DNA of 64,000 nucleotides from Macrostomum lignano (lineage: Eukaryota): assembly GCA_002269645.1 (NCBI GenBank), contig NIVC01001264.1, positions 124,001 through 188,000 on the forward strand. The letters are read 5' to 3'. This document shows, in pieces, positions 20,880-39,700 of the stretch. Every line of letters starts with the position of its first letter. Positions within the stretch are counted from its first letter, which is position 1. Below the pieces are notes generated by a model. It was not told the origin of the DNA. It made no database searches and was given only the letters and a program-made list of their open reading frames with translations. Both the position numbers and the translations under genes were made by a program.

Positions 20880-21685
20880 GGAGATTTTAAGGGAGTTAAT
20901 CAGAGATTATCCAGGGAGTTTATCAGAGATTATCTAAGGAGTGTATCAGATAATATCGAGGGAGTTTATCAGAGATTATCGAAGGAGTTGATCAGATATT
21001 ATCGAGGGAGTTTATCAGAGATTATCGAGGGAGTTGATCAGATATTATCGAGGGAGTTTATCAGAGATTATCGAGGGAGTTTATCAGAGATTATCCAGGG
21101 AGTTTATCAGAGATTATCTAAGGAGTGTATCAGATATTATAGAGGGAGTTTATCAGAGATTATCCAGGGAGTTTATCAGAGATTATCCAGGGAGTTTATC
21201 AGAGATTATCTAAGGAGTGTATCAGATAATATCGAGGGAGTTTATCAGAGATTATCTAAGGAGTGTATCAGATAATATCGAGGGAGTTTATCAGAGATTA
21301 TCGAAGGAGTTGATCAGATATTATCGAGGGAGTTTATCAGAGATTATCGAAGGAGTTGATCAGATATTATCGAGGGAGTTTATCAGAGATTATCCAGGGA
21401 GTTTATCAGAGATTATCCAGGGAGTTTATCAGAGATTATCTAAGGAGTGTATCAGATATTATAGAGGGAGTTTATCAGAGATTATCCAGGGAGTTTATCA
21501 GAGATTATCCAGGGAGTTTATCAGAGATTATCGAGGGAGTTTATCAGAGATTATCCAGGGAGTTTATCAGAGATTATCTAAGGAGTGTATCAGATATTAT
21601 AGAGGGAGTTTATCAGAGATTATCGAGGGAGTTTATCAGAGATTATCTAAGGAGTGTATCAGAGATTATCGAGAGAGTTTATCAG
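20880..21685. repeat. 23-bp minisatellite (GAGTTTATCAGAGATTATCGAGG)
   Basis: Period 23. Confidence 0.95.
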
Positions 21686-21765
21686 CGATAGCAGTAGAAT
21701 ATTAGAATGCTAACCATAACTTCAAAGTGATCCAGACTAACAAGCGAGCGCTACTGCCCAACTTT

Positions 21766-22638
21766 TCATCGATAGCGCCAATGACGATTGATTGCCATTA
21801 TCTTATCATAGGCCCTGATATTGTCAACCATGAGCATCAGCTCAGCCTCGGCCCGGCGCATCTCCGAGTCCGGACTCTCCAGAGGCCACATGCTGCGCTG
21901 AATTTGGCGCAAAGTTCTCGGCGACGGGGTGCTGCGACAGCTTTCAGAGTCTGTGGAATCTCTATCCTCTGCCTCAGCAGCTTGTTCAACAGCCGAACTG
22001 CTCTCGGCAGCAGCCAGGATGCTGGGCACTTCCTCATCATCGCTCTGCTCTTCGCATTCGGCAATGGCTGGCAGAACTGGTTTAAACTGCAAGCCGCCAT
22101 TTAAACTGGAATTGGCGCCAAGAGTCCGGCGCCGATTCACAATCTGGCGCCTGGGTTCAGCTGGAATAGTCGGCTCAATTATTATTGTCCTCTCAGTCTC
22201 CAACGCTTCATCATTGTTGGCTTCATCTTCGTCGAATAGAGACGACAGTAGATTAGGCTCGACTGGCTCAGCAGCAACCGCTTGTGGATTTTCCCCACTA
22301 ACACGAATCTTTTTCGAGGCCGGATGAAGCTGCTCATCCTCGCCGGAAGCTGGAGCATCCTGCTCGGCAGGATAGGCTGTAGCCAGTCGGTCACGCAGCC
22401 AGTTAGCAAAAGCAGACGAATTCGTGCATCCAACCTGGTCCATCAACGGCCGGTACTGACTGTGCGACGACAACAGACGGTGCAAATCGTTCGAAATTGA
22501 CTGCAGACTGGCAAACAGTTCTGGTAGCTGCTGTCTTCTAGTAGAACTGCCGCCGCTGCTGCTAACATCGCTACTATTTGACGAAGAAGGCCGAGGACGT
22601 TTAATATTAGACTTTCCGCTGGGCTTGTTATGCGACAT
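21766..22638 (-). CDS. Hypothetical 290-aa protein, Ser-rich/acidic, largely low-complexity, with NLS-like motifs
   Basis: ATG-initiated non-repetitive ORF with host-like GC content. A strong 3' splice acceptor (TTTCTTTTTGCAG) lies just upstream. No family recognised. Confidence 0.7.
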   Translation of the reverse strand: MSHNKPSGKSNIKRPRPSSSNSSDVSSSGGSSTRRQQLPELFASLQSISNDLHRLLSSHSQYRPLMDQVGCTNSSAFANWLRDRLATAYPAEQDAPASGEDEQLHPASKKIRVSGENPQAVAAEPVEPNLLSSLFDEDEANNDEALETERTIIIEPTIPAEPRRQIVNRRRTLGANSSLNGGLQFKPVLPAIAECEEQSDDEEVPSILAAAESSSAVEQAAEAEDRDSTDSESCRSTPSPRTLRQIQRSMWPLESPDSEMRRAEAELMLMVDNIRAYDKIMAINRHWRYR

Positions 22639-23334
22639 TGCTACAGTTTGAACTTTGAACTTTGAAAGTCGACCTGCAAAAAGAAAATGAGACAGTAAGT
22701 TTCGCTTAAATCAGACAAAAGTTTGCTAACTTTTAATGCTCAATTGAAGAGCTTTATTGCCTGCGACTCTTGGGGCCGTTAAAATATGTCTATAAAATAA
22801 GTAACCTACTTGCACTATATAGATTTACTGCGTATTTCAATGTATAGACAGACTATATAAAAATCAATCAATGTATTTATTATATCACATTATTGAAGCA
22901 TGGGAATCAATCGTACTCGTAGCAGCAAATCGGCAAGGACAAATGAGACACAACAACACCTTACTAATAGTAATTTGTTCATATATCGAATATGAGCTCG
23001 CAGAAACAATCGTATTAATCTTTTAAACACAGCAAAAAACTGTTTTTAATGTGTAACTCCACTAAACAAACGTAGAAATCTTTTAATAGACAATTGAGAG
23101 AAAATCAAGTTTCACAAAATCAGTTTCCATGACAACTAATTTATAATTTAGCATGCCTTTTATCTTTTAATTTTCATATTGGCAGGCAGAACAATTCGAG
23201 CATGACTACTGTTAGTAACTAAGTGAATACTATAATCTTTCTGTAATTATTTAACAAGAAAGCACAGGTACATACGATCATACAGTGCTGTAGATTTTTA
23301 TATTTTAAAGTAGATACAGCTCAGGTAGACGCTG

Positions 23335-24172
23335 AGGCGAATCTCAGGTAAATTTTAGGAGGGAATCTCAGTTAGATTCCGGGGGGATCTCAGGTAAATT
23401 CAGGGGGAATTTCAGGTAGATTCCGGGGGGATCTCAGGTAAATTCAGGGGAATCTCAGGTAGATTCCGGGGGGATCTCAGGTAAATTTTAGGAGGGAATC
23501 TCAGTTAGATTCCGGGGGGATCTCAGGTAAATTCAGGGGGAATTTCAGGTAGATTCCGGGGGGATCTCAGGTAAATTCAGGGGGAATTTCAGGTAGATTC
23601 CGGGGGATCTCAGGTAAATTCAGGGGAATCTCAGGTAGATTCCGGGGGGATCTCAGGTAAATTCAGGGGAATCTCAGGTAGATTCCGGGGGATCTCAGGT
23701 AAATTCAGGGGAATCTCAGGTAGATTCCGGGGGATCTCAGGTAAAATCAGGGGAATCTCAGGTAGATTCCGGGGAGATCTCAGGTAAATTCAGGGGAATC
23801 TCAGGTAGATTCCGGGGGGATCTCAGGTAAATTCAGGGGGAATTTCAGTTAGATTCCGGGGGATCTCAGGTAAATTCAGGGGGAATTTCAGTTAGATTCC
23901 GGGGGATCTCAGGTAGATTCAGGGGGAATTTCAGGTAGATTCAGGGGGATTTTCAGGTAGATTCAGAGGGAATTTCAGGTAGATTCAGGGAGGGGGAATC
24001 TCACGTAGATTCCGGGGAGGGGAAATCTCAGGTAGATTCCGAGGGAATCTCAGGTAGATTCTGGGGGAATTTCAGGTAGATTCAGGGGAATTTCAAATAG
24101 ATTCCAGGGGGGAATTTCAGGTAGATTCAGGGGCGAATCTCAGGTAGATTCAGGGGCGAATCTCAGTTAGAT
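23335..24172. repeat. G-rich 21/22-bp minisatellite (CTCAGGTAGATTCCGGGGGGAT / CTCAGGTAAATTCAGGGGAAT)
   Basis: Alternating related units. Confidence 0.95.
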
Positions 24173-24304
24173 TTAAGGGCAGTCAGTTGGGCATCAGGCT
24201 AGAAAATATCGAAGCCTGGGTTAATAATCCAAAGCAAAATCATGAACGCCAATACAAATCGGTTTTCTTGATTATTATACTCATGATCAATCTGTCCTCA
24301 TGCA

Positions 24305-31692
<7,388 letters not shown>

Positions 31693-31789
31693 GGTTCAGT
31701 AATTTTGATTCGGGCTAGAGACTTCCGACTCTCTGTGGGGTTGTTGTTGCGCTGTAATCAGAAATCACAACTAATCACACCTTAGAGAC

Positions 31790-32745
31790 CAACTAATGAG
31801 GATCTGGGACGCTGGCCCAGAAACTGACACTCTGGGAGGCTGGCCCAGCAACTGAGGATCTGGGAGGCTGGCACGGAAACTGAGGATCTGAGAGACTAGC
31901 CTAACAACTGAGGATCTGGAAGGCTGGCCCAGCAACTGACACTATGAAAGGCTGGCCCAGCAACTGAGGATCTGTGAGGCTGAACCAGCAACTGAGGATC
32001 TGTGAGGCTGGCCCAGCAACTGACACTCCGAAAGGCTGGCCCAGCAACTGAGGATCTGTGAGGCTGGCCCAGCAACTGAGGATCTGTGAGGCTGGCCCAG
32101 CAACTGACACTCCGAAAGGCTGGCCCAGCAACTGAGGATCTGGGAGGCTGGCCTAGCAACTGACACTCTGGGAGGCCGGCCCAGAAACTGAGGATCTGGG
32201 AGGCTGGCCCAGCAACCGAGGATCTGGGAGACTGGTCCAGCAACTGAGGATCTGTGAGGCTGGCCTAGCAACTGACACTCTGGGAGGCCGGCCCAGAAAC
32301 TGAGGATCTGGGAGGCTGGCCCAGCAACCGAGGATCTGGGAGACTGGTCCAGCAACTGAGGATCTGGGAGGCTGGCCCAGCAACTGAGGATCTGGGAGGC
32401 TGATGGCCCAGCAACTGGGGATCTGGGAGGCTGGCCCAGCAACTGAGGATCTGGGAGGCCGGCCCAGAAACTGAGGATCTGGGAGGCTGGCCCAGCAACC
32501 GAGGATCTGGGAGACTGGTCCAGCAACTGAGGATCTGGGAGGCTGGCCCAGCAACTGAGGATCTGGGAGGCTGACGGCCCAGCAACTGGGGATCTGGGAG
32601 GCTGGCCCAGCAACTGAGGATCTGGGAGGCTGGCCCAGCAACTGAGGATCTGGGAGGCTGGCCCAGCAACTGAGGATCTGGGAGGCTGGCCCAGCAACTG
32701 AGGATCTGGGAGGCTGGCCCAGCAAATGAGGATCTGGGAGGCTGG
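31790..32745. repeat. 28-bp minisatellite (CTGGCCCAGCAACTGAGGATCTGGGAGG)
   Basis: Period 28; equals the 31-mer at 12130 without its GAT. Confidence 0.95.
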
Positions 32746-33004
32746 CGACTGCAATTGAATTGCAATTACTAAGTTTATCGAAGTATAAACAAAAGGAAAA
32801 AGAATAAAAATGTCAAAAAGAACTATTTTGATTACTTTATACGTTTAATATAACAACAAAGCAAATAGTGACACATTGTAGACATCAGTTTAGGCATAGC
32901 AATAGTAAATTTCAATAAGAAATTCAACAGTTAAACACTGCGGTAACTTACGCAGATATTTTTGAATTACGAAGTTTGACAAGACAAATTATAAAATGCA
33001 CAGA

Positions 33005-33545
33005 TTTGCCCAATGTCTGAGGATCTGGTAGGGTGGCAGATCTGCCCAATGTCTGAGGATCTGGTAGGGTGGCAGATCTGCCCAATGTCTGAGGATCTGG
33101 TAGGGTGGCTGATCTGCATAATGTCGAGGATCTGGTAGGGCGGCTGATCTGCCCCAATGTCTGAGGATCTGGTAGGGTGGCTGATCTGCCCAGTGTCTGA
33201 GGATCTGGTAGGGTGGCTGATCTGCATAATGTCGAGGATCTGGTAGGGCGGCTGATCTGCCCCAATGTCTGAGGATCTGGTAGGGTGGCTGATCTGCCCA
33301 GTGTCTGAGGATCTGGTAGGGTGGCTGATCTGCCCAATGTCTGAGGATCTGGTAGGGTGGCAGATCTGCCCAATGTCTGAGGATCTGGTAGGGTGGCAGA
33401 TCTGCATAATGTCTGAGGATCTGGTAGGGTGGTTGATCTGCCCAATGTCTGAGGATCTGGTAGGGTGGTTGATCTGCCCAATGTCTGGGGATCTGGTAGG
33501 GTGGCAGATCTGCCCAAATGTCTGAGGATCTGGTAGGGTGGCAGT
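33005..33545. repeat. 36-bp minisatellite (GAGGATCTGGTAGGGTGGCAGATCTGCCCAATGTCT)
   Basis: Period 36. Confidence 0.95.
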
Positions 33546-33639
33546 ATATGAAATCGAAGGACATTTGAAGGTGTTTGTGATCGATCTGTTTCTGCAGTAT
33601 GTCAAACAACATTCTAAACTGAAATGATTACAGTCTGGT

Positions 33640-36600
33640 TTACATTAGCTGCGTCACCATGGTAACCTCTTCTTCGTCATCCGAGTCTCTATAGACATCG
33701 TAGACGCCAGCAGCTCCTACACTTGAGCCGCCGGCAGCAGCAGCGGTGTCAGAATCAGCGAGGGCGCTGACCGATGCTGCAGAAGCAGACGCCGTCGCGG
33801 CAGTCATTGCGACCGACCGTTGCAGCATGGCATTGCGAATGAACCGCAAACCGAATTCCACGTGTTTAGCAGTGTCAGAGGATCCGCTATCAGGCTGCTG
33901 ACTGCTACTATTAGTAGTAGTGTTATCAAAGCCGCTGACCACGGCTACGCTATAGGGATTGCCAATGGCACCAGCGGCGGATAGCGAAGCTGCTGCATAA
34001 CCTGGCGACGCCGCAATATCCATATCGGAGCCGCTAGCCGAAGATGGCGACGACTCTAACTCTCCATCGTCTTCATCATTACCGACATTTTCAATTGTCG
34101 ACATGTCAACATCGCAAGCTGTGCCAGACGCTGACAGTAGCATATTAGGCAATAAATCTACAGTGTCCAGGCGGCGACTCGCCAAAGCTTTGTCAAGCAT
34201 ACTGGCTAAGCAGCGGACTCTTCGACCGGCTAAACGAACGCAGTTAATTAGCGATCGTTTATCCAATTGCAATCCGCCGATTGTGTGCAGACAGCAGATC
34301 TCTCGATTGGCGCTCATTGCTACCACTATCCTGCTCTCGGCTAGGGACTCCTCCTGCGGAGTTTCACGGCAGATGAGTGATTGTGAATGATTTTAAGGCT
34401 TTGGTGAATTAGTGAACGTGAATCATTATAAAGCCATTGTAAATACATGAATGTGAATGATTTGAAAGCTTTGGTGAATGAGTGATTCTGGATGGTTTAA
34501 AGGCTTTGGTGAATGTGAATGATTTGAAAGCTTTGGTGAATGTGAATGATTTAAAATCTTTGCTGAATTGGTGAATGTGAATGATTTGAAAGCTTTGGTG
34601 AATAAGTGATTCTGGATGATTTAAAGGCTTTGGTGAATGTGAATGATTTGAAAGCTTTGGTGAATGTGAATGATTTAAAATCTTTGCTGAATTGGTGAAT
34701 GTGAATGATTTAAAAGCTTTGGTGAATGAGTGATTCTAGGTTATTTAAAGGCTTTGGTGAATGTGAATGATTTGAAAGCTTTGGTGAATGCGAATGATTT
34801 AAAAAGCTTTGGTGAATTGGTGAATGTGAATGATTTGAAAGCTTTGGTGAATTAGTGAATGTGATTGATTTTAAAGCTTTGGTGAATGAGTGAATGTGAA
34901 TGATTGTAAGGCTTTAGTGAATGAGTGAGCAATGATGATTGTAGTGCAATACTCCTAGTAAAGTAGTGAATGAGTAATTTGACGGCTCTACTTTTCATTA
35001 AACAAAAATTCGATCACAAAAGACTTTAATATTTAGGACGTCACTCACTTTAGCGGACAAATCGGCCACAATGTACTTCCCATCGGAGTCGAACAGGCCA
35101 AACGTTTGCACTAGCGGATAAAAGTTCAAGTTTAATTGCACTGTTGCGTTTTCGCCCACACGAACGGCGCCCTGCATTGAAAGAAAAAATAATTAATATT
35201 AAATCAATAGATTTAAGAGTACAAAGGTTTGAGCGCGATTTTTTGTGATATAAATGGCGATTATTTTGGTAGAAGGGCGATTATTTTTCAGATGGCGATT
35301 ATTCTTAGAAAGGTGATTATTCTACGAGGGCCATTATTCTGAGAAGGGCGATTACTCTAAGTAGGGCGATAATTCCAAGAAGGGCGACAATTCTAAGAAA
35401 TGAGGGTTTTTCTAAAAAAGCAATTATTCTAAGTAGGGCGATTATTCTAAGAAGGGCGATTATTCTAAAAAAGGAGGGTTTTTCTAAGAAAAGCCATTAT
35501 TCTGAGAAGGGCGATTACTCTAAGTATGGCGATTATTCTAGCAAGGGCGACAATTTTTAAGAAAGGAGGGTTTTTCTAATAAAAGCGGTTATTCTAAGAA
35601 AGGAGAGGTTTTCTAAGAAAAGCGATTATTCTAAGAAAGGAGGGTTTTTCTAATAAAAGCGGTTATTCTAAGAAAGGAGAGGTTTTTCTAAGAAAAGCGA
35701 TTATTCTAAGAAAGGAGGGTTTTTCTAAGAAAAGCGATTATTCTAAGAAAGGAGAGGTTTTCTAAGAAAAGCGATTATTCTAAGAAAGGAGGGTTTTTCT
35801 AAGCAAGCGATTATTCTAAGTAGGGCGATTATTCTAATGGCAGCAGAGTTTGCAAGACTGAAGTAGGAAGACCTGAACTCTGCACAATAAAATTAGCCAA
35901 TCAGCGCACCTGCACCAGGGACACATCAGGCCGGCGATAGTCAGCCAGAGCCAGCACAACAGCCATAGCGGCGCAGTCGATCACGTTGCCATCATTATTA
36001 ATAACGGTAGCTGTCACCCGGATGAGGAACACCCGCTCGCCAGGCACAATGCACAGACTCTCGAGATCTAGGCAGCGCGACTCTTTGAAGCAGCGCTCCA
36101 GAGCGCGCTGGGCGCGCAGGCCATCGTCGTCCAATTGCTGCTGCTGAGATCCATCGGTGCTTGGCACCTCTAGGTTCACCTTTTTGGTGGGGAAGAATAA
36201 CGATACTTACTATCAATATAAGATATATATGTTAGGTATTAAATAAAAAATCGAAAATTGAATATAAGAGTTCATAGTTATCAAAGTGCAAGCATTGAGA
36301 CCAGAATGACAACAATAGATATGAGAGTGACAAGACTAGATATGAAAGTGACAAGATGGGATATCAGACTGACAGCATGAGATATCAGAGTGACAGTATG
36401 AGATATCAGAGTGACAGCATGAGATATCAGAATGACAGCATGAGATATCAGAGTGACAGCATGAGATATCAGAGTGACAGCATGAGATATCAGAGTGACA
36501 GCATGAGATATCATAGCGACAATATTAGATATCAGAGTGACAGAGTGAGATATCAGAGTGACAATATTAGATATCAGAGTGACAGCATGAGATATCAGAA

Positions 36601-37148
36601 TGACAGCATGAGATATCAGAGTGACAGCATGAGATATCAGAGTGACAGCATGAGATATCAGAGTGACAGCATGAGATATCATAGCGACAATATTAGATAT
36701 CAGAGTGACAGAGTGAGATATCAGAGTGACAATATTAGATATCAGAGTGACAGCATGAGATATCAGAGTGACAGTATTAGATATCAGAGTGACAGCATGA
36801 GATATCAGAGTGACAGTATGAGATATCAGAGTGGCAGCATGAGATATCAGAGTGACAGTAAAATGAACTACAGTACCAATGAGGCATAAGGAGTGCCGGC
36901 CTCACCTGCAGCTGACCTTCGGCAGGCCTATGCGGCCAAGGCTCCACAACGTCGTGCGTCACCTTGGCAACAACAATAGTAGCTCCCAGCCGAGCCGTGA
37001 CGCAGCCGGATTCGGTGTCGGCAAATCGACACCGAATCCGGCGAATGTCGGTCAAATTTCGACCATCGATTCGGCACTGATTGGCGATGCTATTGGCTAT
37101 GGCCTTGCGCTCGTTGGTGGACAGAAATAAACTGTTGTCTTGCCGCAT
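33640..37148 (-). CDS. EXOSC9: Exosome complex component RRP45, 449 aa; exons 37148-36906, 36179-35910, 35171-35049, 34353-33640
   Basis: RNase PH-like motifs NERKAI..RIDGR, RPAEG, LERCFKESRCLDLESLCIVPGERVFLIRV, NDGNVIDCA, YRRPDV and VAMSANREIC. Joined exons total 1350 nt, in frame. Confidence 0.95.
34385..34930. repeat. TGAATGTGAATGATTTGAAAGCTTTGG-type minisatellite
   Basis: Direct reading; EXOSC9 intron. Confidence 0.9.
35270..35840. repeat. GCGATTATTCTAAGAA-type minisatellite
   Basis: Direct reading; EXOSC9 intron. Confidence 0.9.
36340..36860. repeat. 21-bp minisatellite (GAGATATCAGAGTGACAGCAT)
   Basis: Period 21. Confidence 0.95.
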
Positions 37149-37259
37149 TGGCGCACTGGATCGCTGCAAACTGTTTTCAGCAAATAGTGTTGAGCCTGCA
37201 CACAATACAGACAATTAGGATATTTTAAATAGGTAAGCCGGAAAAGAGATGGAATAGGG

Positions 37260-38925
37260 GGGATGGAGAGAAGAGATGGGACAAAGGATGGGGAGAAGAG
37301 ATGGGACAAGAGGGGTTGGGGAGAAGAGATGGGACAAGAGGGAGTGGGGAGAAGAGATGGGACAAGAGGGGGTGGGGAGAAGAGATGGGACAAGAGGGGG
37401 TGGGGAGAAGAGATGGGACAAGAGGGGTTGGAGAGAAGAGATGGGACAAGAGGGAGTGGGGAGAAGAGATGGGACAAGAGGGGGTGGGGAGAAGAGATGG
37501 GACAAGAGGGGTTGGAGAGAAGAGATGGGACAAAAGGGGGTGGGGAGAAGAGAAGGGACAACAGGGGGTGGGGAGAAGAGATGGGACAACAGGGGGTGGG
37601 GAGAAGAGATGGGACAACAGGGGGTGGGGAGAAGAGATGGGACAACAGGGGGTGGGGAGAAGAGATGGGACAACAGGGGGTGGGGAGAAGAGATGGGACA
37701 ACAGGGGGTGGGGAGAAGAGATGGGACAAGAGGGGGTGGGGAGAAGAGATGGGACAAGAGGGGATGGGAAGAAGAGATGGGACAAGAGGGGTGGGGAGAA
37801 GAGATGGGACAAGAGGGGATGGGGAGAAGAGAAGGGACAAGAAGGGATGGGGAGAAGAGAAGGGATGGGGGATGGTGCGAAGAGATAGGATGGGTGGGGG
37901 GAGAAGAGATGGGACAAGAGGGGATGGGGAGAAGAGAAGGGACAAGAGGGGATGGGGAGAAGAGAAGGGACAAGAGAGGGTGGGGAGAAGAGATGGGACA
38001 ACAGGGGGTGGGGAGAAGAGATGGGACAAGAGGGGATGGGGAGAAGAGAAGGGACAACAGGGGGTGGGGAGAAGAGATGGGACAAGAGGGGGTGGGGAGA
38101 AGAGATGGGACAAGAGGGGATGGGGAGAAGAGAAGGGACAAGAGGGGATGGGGAGAAAAGAAGGGATGGGGGATGGTGCGAAGAGATAGGATGGGTGGGG
38201 GGAGAAGAGATGGGACAAGAGGGGGTGGGGAGAAGAGATGGGACAAGAGGGGGTGGGGAGAAGAGATGGGACAACAGGGGGTGGGGAGAAGAGATGGGAC
38301 AAGAGGGGGTGGGGAGAAGAGATGGGACAAGAGGGGGTGGGGAGAAGAGATGGGACAAGAGGGGATGGGAAGAAGAGATGGGACAAGAGGGGGTGGGGAG
38401 AAGAGATGGGACAAGAGGGGATGGGGAGAAGAGAAGGGATAAGAAGGGATGGGGAGAAGAGAAGGGATGGGGGATGGTGCGAAGAGATAGGATGGGTGGG
38501 GGGAGAAGAGATGGGACAAGAGGGGATGGGGAGAAGAGAAGGGACAAGAGGGGATGGGGAGAAGAGAAGGGACAAGAGAGGGTGGGGAGAAGAGATGGGA
38601 CAACAGGGGGTGGGGAGAAGAGATGGGACAAGAGGGGATGGGGAGAAGAGATGGGACAAGAGTGGATGGGGAGAAGAGAAGGGACAAGAGGGGATGGGGA
38701 GAAGAGAAGGGATGGGGGATGGTGCGAAGAGATAGGATGGGTGGGGGGAGAAGAGATGGGACAAGAGGGGGTGGGGAGAAGAGATGGGACAAGAGGGGAT
38801 GGGGAGAAGAGAAGGGACAAGAGGGGATGGGGAGAAGAGATGGGACAAGAGGGGATGGGGAGAAGAGAAGGGATGGGGGATGGTGCGAAGAGATAGGATG
38901 GGGTGGGGAGAAGAGATGGGATCGG
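37260..38925. repeat. G-rich minisatellite (GGGAGAAGAGATGGGACAAGAGGGGGT) with higher-order structure
   Basis: The interrupting unit GGATGGTGCGAAGAGATAGGATGG recurs five times. Confidence 0.95.
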
Positions 38926-39700
38926 GATGGGGAGATGGAAATGCATGGGAAATGGGAAGTGACGCCAGACGTCAAGCTAACTTGCTACTAAATTTCATCA
39001 GCCTGCAATCAAAACAGCAGCAGAGGAGTTTCTCGCAACTCGAATCGAATCAAACTAATTGTTATTACAATAAAGAATATATTATAACTTTACTTAATCA
39101 ATAACAATTAGCACTAGAAAAGTCACATGGTATAAGCAGAACCAGATGCTAACAAAAAAACGAAAATAATTAACGAATTGAGAGAGAAAGTTGCGAGCTG
39201 AGCACAACCATTACAAACAGACAACAAGGCCCAACTAAACATTACAGATGACAAAATATAGCACTATAGGCAAACACAGTTAGCGAGCCTCTATATACGC
39301 TGAATATAACTAAATAGGTATATAGGAGCCAAGTCTAGGGGGAATTGTTTAAACATTAATTTAAGCCAAAATTTCAAACTTCAAAACGGCACCTCAGGCC
39401 AAGAAGATACTCTATAAACGGCGAGATATTGCGGTACAAATAGCCTAAGATTTAATTTTAGGTGGTTTATTGTCTGCGACTCTTTTGAATTAGAATCGCA
39501 TTTTGCATTTTTACGCTCTTATAACAATTCTATCTAGTCTACCTGTGAGTTAGTAGACAGTTACGACTTTAGGACGACTTTTTTCGAGACACTTTTTACA
39601 ATTCTACCACTTTTAAAAATTGACCAACATCATTACTTGAAGTAGTGAAGCTCTTATTTATTTCAACTAACAATACTAGTTCCCATTGCCCTATCCAGCG

